Positions 9,189-16,653 of a stretch of 64,000 nucleotides of DNA are shown piece after piece. The number at the start of each line of letters is the position of its first letter. Within the stretch, counting starts at the first letter, position 1. The DNA comes from an uncultured Erysipelotrichaceae bacterium (GTDB lineage Bacteria > Bacillota_I > Bacilli_A > Erysipelotrichales > Erysipelotrichaceae): NCBI GenBank assembly GCA_902761625.1, contig CACWLH010000002.1:8126-72125 (forward strand), read 5' to 3'. The position numbers and the translations under genes were made by a program. The notes beneath the pieces are model-generated. The model was not told the DNA's origin. It searched no databases and saw only the letters and a list, made by a program, of their open reading frames with translations.

Positions 9189-10645
9189 TCAAAGGCGATT
9201 ACCGGGAAGTGATCAAAACACTGCCCGGCGGGAAAAAGAAAACATACAAAGTCATAAGCTCCAAGGCCGGCAATGAATATGCGCTGCTGGGCAGACTGGG
9301 GCAGGGCGGGGTTGCCCGGGTTTTCCGTGCGAAGCGCTTAAGCGACGGGGCAATGTTTGCCTTCAAGCTGTTTGATTATTCTGATTCATCCGAAACCCGC
9401 TGGGAACACCGCAATATCCGCTCGAATATTGAAAGTCTGATCGCAAGAGGGACATCGGATGATCCTCAGCTGTTTGAAATTCTGGCAAGACCTTATGAAA
9501 TCATTGATCTCAAGGCATCGGGCGGCTTCGGCTATATCATGGAACTGGTCAGTCTTGACAACATGATGAAATTCTCAAAGATGATGAAATCGGCCCAGCC
9601 GGACAGGATGATCAGCCTGAAGATCTGCCGCAATATGGCATCCTTCTATGCGAGGCTGCACAGAAAATACGGCTTATGTTACAAGGATCTGAACAAAGGC
9701 AATCTGTTTGTGAATCCCGATACCGGCGAGATCCGGATCATCGATCTGGACAATATCAGCGTTCCCGAAACCAGAACGGTTATCGGCACATATGGATTCA
9801 TCGCTCCGGAGGTTTATGAAAGCGGCAGGCCGGATTATTATTCCGATTATTTTTCAGAAGCGTCTCTTTATTTCTTTCTGCTTACGATGGGGGCATTGCC
9901 TCTGATCGGCAGAAAAGTGCTGGATTATTCCCGCACGGGAGCGAATCTGAATGATTATGAAGTGCAGAAGAAGGTCTTCAATGAAGAGGCAATGTTCATC
10001 TTTGATCCGGACCACAATGAAAACTCCATCCGCGGACTGGAAGAATACAATGATCAGACCATGTTATGGGATGATCTTCCGGAAGAATTGAAACAGGCGT
10101 TTATCCGCACATTCACGAAAGGTCTTCATGATCCGTACCAGCGTGTTTCGGATAAAAACTGGGAGAAGATCTTTGAAGATGCGATTGCCACGCAGCTGGT
10201 GCAATGCCGCTGCGGAAAGCATAATTTCGGCGTGCATGCAGGAAGAAAAAAATGTATTTACTGTCACCGGCCGATCCGCAAACTCCATGGCGCAAAAGTC
10301 CCAGCAAAAAAGAAAAGTGAAAAACCATGCGTGAAATTTGAGGTGATCCGCAGCGTTGAACCGATGCGCATGCAGCTGATTGCGGATAATCAGAATCCGC
10401 AGATCAAAGATGTCCATCCCATGTTGCATGGGGATTTGTTAACTGTTAAAGTCAATAGGAAGAGGCATCTTTACGGGGCGCTCAACACGTCCCCGATCAC
10501 CTGGACGGTCTATGATAAAGAACACAATAAATCCCGTGTGGAGCCGGGCTGTATGGCGGTGCTTGAAGAGGGAACCATTATTGTGGTGATGTACAGAAAA
10601 CTTCAGCTTATGGTGAATGAAGTCATAACAGGAGGCGCAATATAA
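9185..10645 (+). CDS. Divergent Ser/Thr protein kinase with a zinc ribbon and a C-terminal beta-rich (FHA-like?) domain
   Basis: GQGGVARVF Gly-loop, AFKL lysine, YKDLNKGNLFV catalytic loop, IIDLDN and GFIAPE. Zinc ribbon CRCGKHN...CIYCHRP. The ATGA start overlaps the stop of the preceding gene. Confidence 0.85.
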   Translation: MIKGDYREVIKTLPGGKKKTYKVISSKAGNEYALLGRLGQGGVARVFRAKRLSDGAMFAFKLFDYSDSSETRWEHRNIRSNIESLIARGTSDDPQLFEILARPYEIIDLKASGGFGYIMELVSLDNMMKFSKMMKSAQPDRMISLKICRNMASFYARLHRKYGLCYKDLNKGNLFVNPDTGEIRIIDLDNISVPETRTVIGTYGFIAPEVYESGRPDYYSDYFSEASLYFFLLTMGALPLIGRKVLDYSRTGANLNDYEVQKKVFNEEAMFIFDPDHNENSIRGLEEYNDQTMLWDDLPEELKQAFIRTFTKGLHDPYQRVSDKNWEKIFEDAIATQLVQCRCGKHNFGVHAGRKKCIYCHRPIRKLHGAKVPAKKKSEKPCVKFEVIRSVEPMRMQLIADNQNPQIKDVHPMLHGDLLTVKVNRKRHLYGALNTSPITWTVYDKEHNKSRVEPGCMAVLEEGTIIVVMYRKLQLMVNEVITGGAI

Positions 10646-10646
10646 T

Positions 10647-11846
10647 ATGCAAACAGAAACAGCCAAAATGAACTCACTGGATTTATATCAGCGCATTCTG
10701 GCCGTGAAATCACAGGATTCATCCTTTGACGGCAGAAAGGCCGTGACTGCACTGATCACAAAGATGGCGCTTGAGCTGATTGAGGAGAAAACATCTCCAT
10801 TGCTCAATGCGTGCGTTTATGTGCTCGGACGGCGTGAACATCTTTATATCGGTCATGTCTACCGGTTTCAGCGGTTTGATCTGGATCTGAGAAATCCCGT
10901 GGACGGTGTGTCGGCGGCGGATGCGGCGGTATTGATCCGCTGTCTGGCCCAACTGGTTTCAAACGGACAGATCCGCAACAATGTCATCTATGATGTATGG
11001 TATGAATCATTCGGCACCTCCGGAACCACGCTAGGCGCCAATGCGGAGCGGGCTTATTATCTGGTCCGCATGATTGAAAGCTATCTGCCTGATTATGAAG
11101 CGCGTATCAATCATTCTCAGAAAGACGCTGCCGCGCAGACAGAAGAGCCGAAAACGGATGAACAGAACATCACACAGCCGGATGAGAAACAGGTGAGTGA
11201 AGAACAGGCACAGCAGATCATCAAAGAAGCGCAGGAAAAGGCCAGGGCAATCATTGCCAAAGCGGAACAGGAAGCCACTGAAATCCTGAAAAATGCGCAG
11301 AATGTGTCTGATCAGAAAATCAGGAAAGCGGCAGAGCAGGCAAAGCAGATGAATGTTTCCCGGAATCTGGAAACATTTGAAACACAGCAGAATGAGATCC
11401 ATACCGCTCTTTCGGAAATCCGCCGGCGGCTCAATGAAACCGGCGCATATCTGAATCAGATTGATCAGAAAATCAATGATGAAACGGTTATGAAGATCTT
11501 TGATCAATACGATGAACTCTATAACCTCATCGCGGATGTGGCGGACAGTACGGCAGCCAATATGGATGGGGACAGTCCTGATCTCAGGCGGGTTTATCAG
11601 AATCATCAGGCATATCTGGATCTGATTGAGGAAAATCTCTCAGACTTCGGAATTGAATATCTTGCCACATCGCAGGGCGAGCCGTTTGACGGCAGAAAGC
11701 ACGAGGTGAGCGGTTCGAAAAACTTTGATCCGCGCAGCGCAAAAGTGAAGAAGAGTCTGCGACATGGCTTTGTTTACGGAAAGTCCGTATTGAAGAAAGA
11801 ACTGGTTGAACTTCAGGAGGAACAATCAAATGTATATCGGCGTTGA
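10647..11846 (+). CDS. GrpE-like nucleotide-exchange factor with a novel N-terminal domain and a long coiled coil
   Basis: The C-terminus LSDFGIEYLATSQGEPFDGRKHEV...LRHGFVYGKSVLKKELVEL follows the GrpE pattern (FGvE..G.pFDp..HeA...GY..g..lR.a.V.V). It is preceded by the helix EQAQQIIKEAQEKARAIIAKAEQEATEIL. The gene starts 1 nt after the kinase stop. Confidence 0.7.
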   Translation: MQTETAKMNSLDLYQRILAVKSQDSSFDGRKAVTALITKMALELIEEKTSPLLNACVYVLGRREHLYIGHVYRFQRFDLDLRNPVDGVSAADAAVLIRCLAQLVSNGQIRNNVIYDVWYESFGTSGTTLGANAERAYYLVRMIESYLPDYEARINHSQKDAAAQTEEPKTDEQNITQPDEKQVSEEQAQQIIKEAQEKARAIIAKAEQEATEILKNAQNVSDQKIRKAAEQAKQMNVSRNLETFETQQNEIHTALSEIRRRLNETGAYLNQIDQKINDETVMKIFDQYDELYNLIADVADSTAANMDGDSPDLRRVYQNHQAYLDLIEENLSDFGIEYLATSQGEPFDGRKHEVSGSKNFDPRSAKVKKSLRHGFVYGKSVLKKELVELQEEQSNVYRR

Positions 11847-13299
11847 CTTCGGAACAGCCTATTCCCAGGCTGCGGTGATGGAATTCTCCCAGCCGCTCAT
11901 TCTTCAGGAAAAAGGCGTCTACGGCACCCCGAGTGTCTTCTATTATGATCAGGACACCGGCATCGCCATCGGTCAGGAGGCAATTGATATCGCCCAGGGC
12001 AGTCTTTCCGTCAATATGAAGACCGATGTCAAAATGGCATTGCAGGAAAACAAACCCTTTACCGCAGACGGAAAGGAATTCAGCTGTTCAGAGATTGTTT
12101 CCGAAATTTTCAAAGCGGTTCTGCTTGAGGCAAAGGAAATCGCCGCCAACAGCGGAATGGATGATGAAATCAAAGGAATGGTGATTACCGTTCCCGCCAA
12201 ATTCGGCTATCTGGAACGGGATATCATTTTCAAAAGCGCCGCTTCCGCTTTGGGCGATGAGAAAATTCCGATCACCGGTGTTCTGAAAGAACCGGTGGCG
12301 GCAGCCCTGCATTATTTCCGCACCAATGTTGAGGATGGAAAGCATATTCTTGTCTTTGATCTTGGCGGAGGCACATGCGATATCGCTCTGGTCAGAGCCA
12401 ATTCCGGCTCCAGGGAATTCTATGATGTCATCGATTCCGAGATGGAGAGGATCGGTGGACGAAACTGGGATGAGAAGATCGCGGAATATCTGAAAAATGA
12501 ATATGAAAAAATGACCGGCATTGCCATCGGTTCAAATCCGGCCTACGAAAGAAAAATCCTTGATGCGGCCATCCGCGCCAAGCACCGCCTTTCCAGAAAT
12601 GACAAGGCGCTCTGCTCGGTGGAAATCAACGGGAATGTCAATAAGATTCATCTGAGCCTTCAGCAGTTCAATGATCTGACTGCACCGCTTCTGGACCAGG
12701 CGGTCTCCGCATTGAAGCGGGTGTACAACCGTCATGTCTCAGACTGTGAAATCGATGAGATCATCTGTGTCGGCGGCAGTTCAAACATGACCCAGATCAA
12801 GGAAAGAATCGCAGCTGAATTCCCCCTGTGCAATGTGCGGGTGTACTATCCGGAATATGCGGTGGTCTATGGAGCGGCCCTTTATGCGGATATGAGAAAG
12901 GGCAAGGTTGTCGATGTCATTGACAGGGCGAATTTCTCCTATGGCATCCAGGTGGTGAAACACAAGGGAACAGAAAACGAAAAATACAAGATTCAGAATA
13001 TGGTCATCAAGGATTCCGCTTTGCCGGCCTCTTCGGTGCGCAACTACCGTCCCACCGAGGACAACATGGCATTTATCGCCTTCCGCACCTATGAAACCGA
13101 TACGGTATATGAGCGGTGCGACATGGATGAATTCCCGATGACCAAGATCGGTGAACTCAAACTCAAGCTTCCTCCGAATACACCGAAAACAACCGATATC
13201 CGCACCCAGCTCACCCTCAATGAGAACGGCGTTCTCGAAGTCAAGGCATGGGATCCGGAAGGCAATGTGATTCAGACTGAATTCAATGTGATTCAATGA
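11830..13299 (+). CDS. Hsp70/DnaK-family ATPase, short lidless form (489 aa)
   Basis: Hsp70 motifs IGVDFGT, VFDLGGGTCDIAL and ICVGGSSNMTQIKERI. A beta-sandwich substrate domain is present but no helical lid and no EEVD tail. GGAGGA RBS 8 nt upstream of the ATG at 11830. The gene overlaps the end of the GrpE-like gene. Confidence 0.9.
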   Translation: MYIGVDFGTAYSQAAVMEFSQPLILQEKGVYGTPSVFYYDQDTGIAIGQEAIDIAQGSLSVNMKTDVKMALQENKPFTADGKEFSCSEIVSEIFKAVLLEAKEIAANSGMDDEIKGMVITVPAKFGYLERDIIFKSAASALGDEKIPITGVLKEPVAAALHYFRTNVEDGKHILVFDLGGGTCDIALVRANSGSREFYDVIDSEMERIGGRNWDEKIAEYLKNEYEKMTGIAIGSNPAYERKILDAAIRAKHRLSRNDKALCSVEINGNVNKIHLSLQQFNDLTAPLLDQAVSALKRVYNRHVSDCEIDEIICVGGSSNMTQIKERIAAEFPLCNVRVYYPEYAVVYGAALYADMRKGKVVDVIDRANFSYGIQVVKHKGTENEKYKIQNMVIKDSALPASSVRNYRPTEDNMAFIAFRTYETDTVYERCDMDEFPMTKIGELKLKLPPNTPKTTDIRTQLTLNENGVLEVKAWDPEGNVIQTEFNVIQ

Positions 13300-13976
13300 T
13301 GAATGGGTCCGGAAGAATCATTGCCATTGCGGATATTCACGGCTGCAGCAGGGAATTCAAAGCGCTGTTGCAGCAGATCAGTCCGGATCCGGCAAATGAC
13401 ACATTGATCATTCTCGGCGATGTCATTGACAGAGGATATGATTCCGAAGGCGTCATCCGTGAGCTGATTGAACTTAAAGATGTCTTCAGACAGAAAATGA
13501 TCTGGCTGGCGGGCAATCATGAGGATGATCTTGTGCAAAGAAATGCGCAGAAACATTTCTTCATTCATCCGCCGCGCGATGCGCTCAGCACGTATATCCG
13601 GCTGTTCAGTGAACTTCCGTTAATTTATGAAACAGAAGAATGTGTCTTTGTGCATGCGGGATTCAATGGTGATCCGGACGACAGGCAGATCATTCTTCGT
13701 GACAGGAGTGTATTGAACGGGGAAAGGATTTATCAGGGAAAGCTGTATATCAGCGGGCATTCCCCGTTTCATAAACATTCGTTCACACCATTGGCTCAGC
13801 CGTTATATATTGATGAAACAGGTCAGTGTCATATTGTATATGACGGCATGAAACTGCCGGAAAAAGGCGCCATATTCATTGACACAGGCTGTGTATACAA
13901 AAACAGACTGACCGCATTCATCATTGCGCAGGACCATACCATTCAGATCAGCTTTGTAAAGTTCATCGGAATATAA
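13296..13976 (+). CDS. PPP-family (calcineurin-like) metallophosphatase, PrpA/lambda-phosphatase-like
   Basis: Motifs IADIHGC, ILGDVIDRG, GNHE, VHAG and SGHS. The ATGA start overlaps the Hsp70 stop. Confidence 0.9.
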   Translation: MMNGSGRIIAIADIHGCSREFKALLQQISPDPANDTLIILGDVIDRGYDSEGVIRELIELKDVFRQKMIWLAGNHEDDLVQRNAQKHFFIHPPRDALSTYIRLFSELPLIYETEECVFVHAGFNGDPDDRQIILRDRSVLNGERIYQGKLYISGHSPFHKHSFTPLAQPLYIDETGQCHIVYDGMKLPEKGAIFIDTGCVYKNRLTAFIIAQDHTIQISFVKFIGI

Positions 13977-14221
13977 CCGCCGGTATCAGAAGATGCCGGC
14001 TTTTCACATGTTCATGTGCAAAGAACGGAAGATGATCCGGGCTCATCGCTCACGCATGTTTATTGACACAATCGGAAACATACTGAACTTTAGGATATGA
14101 TTGCGGCAGATTCATGGCAAACCTGAGAACTGTCGCCGTATTTGCCATGAAATATAAATGAAATTAACAACCGGACAATAGAAAATGGAAACCGATTGTG
14201 CTATTGTAGTTTCGTAAGCAG

Positions 14222-14554
14222 ATGTTTTTGCGTGCAAGTGAAACTATGGATGATCGTGAACTGAAAAAACTCAGCAGACAGGATCTGCTTGAAATGCTGG
14301 TGGAACTGTCCAGAGAAAACGAAAAACTGAAACAGCAGCTCGATGCGGCAAACAAAGAGCTTGAGTCAAAGCGGATCAGACTCTCGGAAGCAGGAAACAT
14401 CGCAGAGGCGGCCATGAGAGTCAATCAGGTGTTTGAAACCGCCCAGGCCGCCGCAAGTCAGTATCTGGCAAATATCAGACTGATGGAAATACAGAAACAG
14501 AAAGAACTGGAAAGGCTGAAGGCACACAATAGCGGCAAGGATGAGAAACAATAA
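14222..14554 (+). CDS. Small coiled-coil protein of unknown function (alternative start at 14246)
   Basis: ORF with heptad-rich sequence (LSRQDLLEMLVELSRENEKLKQQLDAANKELE...). I remember similar small proteins from Clostridia, but no family name is assigned. Confidence 0.5.
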   Translation: MFLRASETMDDRELKKLSRQDLLEMLVELSRENEKLKQQLDAANKELESKRIRLSEAGNIAEAAMRVNQVFETAQAAASQYLANIRLMEIQKQKELERLKAHNSGKDEKQ

Positions 14555-14654
14555 GCGCCGCTATCGTCCTGAGGACATTCCGACATCCGCTCAGTTTGAA
14601 AAAGAGGCTATGAAAGCTTCTCATCTGATGAAAGTGACAGCGGCGGTATGCTGA
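14541..14654 (+). pseudogene. Possible N-terminal remnant of a signal-peptidase-I-like gene (37 codons)
   Basis: MRNNKRRYRPEDIPTSAQFEKEAMK... resembles the cytoplasmic N-termini of clostridial type I signal peptidases. It stops before any TM or catalytic region. It overlaps the upstream gene by 14 nt. Confidence 0.25.
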
Positions 14655-14702
14655 TATTGGCAGCCCTGCTCATGAAGAAACTGAATCATTGAACAATAAA
14701 AT

Positions 14703-14738
14703 GAAAAAGAGTCTGATCACAAAGATCAGGCTCTTTTG
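14703..14738. terminator. Bidirectional intrinsic terminator
   Basis: AGAGTCTGATC-ACAAA-GATCAGGCTCT hairpin flanked by an A-run and a T-run, between convergent genes. Confidence 0.65.
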
Positions 14739-14747
14739 GTGATGCGG

Positions 14748-15470
14748 TCAGAACAGAAGATCATCGTCATCGTCATCGAAATCATCCGGATCATCTTCAC
14801 TGACGCTCAATACCTCTTTCAGCATATTGTCAAAGACCCGGCTGAACATTGACTTGATCCGGTCTCTCAACGGGATCATGAACAATGAGAGCAGAACGAA
14901 GACAGCGGAGAACATGAATTTGCCGGAAACGATCCATGTGATCACAAAGACTGCGAATGCTGTCAGTGCCCATAACAGACGGACACCGTTGGCATTGCAA
15001 TAAGACGCAAGCAGGCAGAGGAACAGGAAAGCAGCCATGACGAATCCGCCCGCCAGGATCAGGTAGCCGAACTTCCAGAAAGTGGAGTCAATGGTGAGCC
15101 AGCCCGCTGTGACGAGAGTGATCGCGAAGGCAAGCATCTGGGAAAAGAATGCCTGGTGAGTCTGATCAAGGCAGTACTTTTTCAGCTTCTTCTTTGCGTA
15201 AAGCGTCTGGCTTGCTTCGTCAACCGTAAGCTCCGCAATGGAGCAGATCAGAAAACAGATCAGCCCGTAGAAAATGGCAAACGGCAATAACCGGATGATC
15301 CGTTCCATCAGGGAGTAATTCCGGTAATAAGGTGCGAAATCATCCAGTACCGCCGGCAGACAGTCATAGATCAATGTCTCAAACAATGATGTGAATGAAT
15401 ACTGAACACACCATACGCCGGCAAGAATCAGAACGAATACGAAGATATCTTCTAAAATGGAATGACTCAT
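14748..15470 (-). CDS. Multi-pass membrane protein with a poly-acidic C-terminal tail
   Basis: About six hydrophobic segments. The C-terminus is SEDDPDDFDDDDDDLLF. I chose the start at 15470 (MSHSILEDIF) because of a GGGGG RBS; the longer ORF-track start at 15596 has none. Confidence 0.75.
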   Translation of the reverse strand: MSHSILEDIFVFVLILAGVWCVQYSFTSLFETLIYDCLPAVLDDFAPYYRNYSLMERIIRLLPFAIFYGLICFLICSIAELTVDEASQTLYAKKKLKKYCLDQTHQAFFSQMLAFAITLVTAGWLTIDSTFWKFGYLILAGGFVMAAFLFLCLLASYCNANGVRLLWALTAFAVFVITWIVSGKFMFSAVFVLLSLFMIPLRDRIKSMFSRVFDNMLKEVLSVSEDDPDDFDDDDDDLLF

Positions 15471-15655
15471 ATAATCCCCCTTTCTTTCATGGACTGCAGA
15501 CTTTTGAGCAACCATGATTGATGTTCCCTTACAGGAAAAGTATCTCATCTGTACATGGCCATCTTTTTTTTCGGGTTTTGGTCTGTCATAAGGCAATCAT
15601 GAGGAAAAAAAAGGATCATTTGATATGTGACAGAATGAAATCATGAAGGAGTGAA

Positions 15656-16036
15656 ATGATTATGGCAAAAGAAATCGGCAAAGAGGAACTTCTGGAAATG
15701 ATGGTGACACATCTGGATTGTGTCTGTGAACTGTTTCAGGCAAATGACTGTGCAATCAAGAAACTTCACAGCTTTCTTATGAACAGCGATATTCCGTATC
15801 TTGTGCTTCCGGACAGCCATCATGATTTCATGATCATCTATCTCAATCTGCATGGCAATGAAGGTGAGGCAGGATACAGAATCACCCATGATCCAGCCGG
15901 CCGCGACTGGCTGCAAATCAGTACGGATGACGGCGTGATGGGGGAATGCATGAGTGCATCTGAAGTATTCGGCATCCTTAAAGAAGCTTATGAAAGGGAT
16001 ACATATGTCAATGAAAACGGATTCTTCGACGCATGA
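15656..16036 (+). CDS. Hypothetical small cytoplasmic protein
   Basis: 126-aa ORF with a GGAG RBS, in an operon-like overlap with the next gene. No family recognised. Confidence 0.55.
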   Translation: MIMAKEIGKEELLEMMVTHLDCVCELFQANDCAIKKLHSFLMNSDIPYLVLPDSHHDFMIIYLNLHGNEGEAGYRITHDPAGRDWLQISTDDGVMGECMSASEVFGILKEAYERDTYVNENGFFDA

Positions 16037-16574
16037 GGTCAGCGTGCTGCCCGTCGTTGTTGTGATCGATACATCTGAAAAAGCCGAAGCGATGGCGGGT
16101 GTGATGGATCCGTCTCTTCTGAGCAGCCTCTGCACAGCCTCTCATCTGTATGCGGATCATCCTTATCCGATGCTTTCAATCATCACTTCCGGCGCTGAGC
16201 CGAAGATGATCAAATGCTGGTATATGCCTTTTCAGCCCAAACGGACGGATCTGGTATTCAAAGGAGAGAATCATATGCATCGCTCACTCTATATGGCGAT
16301 CGAGGAAATCCGCTGGCTGTGCAGACATCTGGAACATTATGAGATTGCATATGAGAAACCGCGCATCTATATGCTTAACGCAAGTGAGGCGGATGATAAT
16401 GAAAACGGAGTCATAAAGGCATTGCATTTACGCATGGAGCGCGGCAGATGCGATTTCATTGAGGCTGTTTACGGTATAGGCATTTCAGCGGATGGCATGT
16501 CTTTTGACACGCTTGCGCAGGGACTGGCGTGGATTGAAAAAGATCTGAAACTGATGAAACGAAATACATTCTGA
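16005..16574 (+). CDS. Degenerate vWA/TerY-like protein with a lost MIDAS
   Basis: The motif order follows a vWA fold, but the metal ligands are replaced. LPVVVVIDTSEKAEAM stands where DxSxS is expected, LSIITSGAEP where the vWA pattern has lsvitFgs, and KPRIYMLNASEADDN where TDG is expected. Confidence 0.5.
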   Translation: MSMKTDSSTHEVSVLPVVVVIDTSEKAEAMAGVMDPSLLSSLCTASHLYADHPYPMLSIITSGAEPKMIKCWYMPFQPKRTDLVFKGENHMHRSLYMAIEEIRWLCRHLEHYEIAYEKPRIYMLNASEADDNENGVIKALHLRMERGRCDFIEAVYGIGISADGMSFDTLAQGLAWIEKDLKLMKRNTF

Positions 16575-16653
16575 ATGGAATCATTTACATATTTTTGCAT
16601 CATGATTCAATGGTATACTTTCACTAAAGTGGATAATACGGAGGGAAACGATA

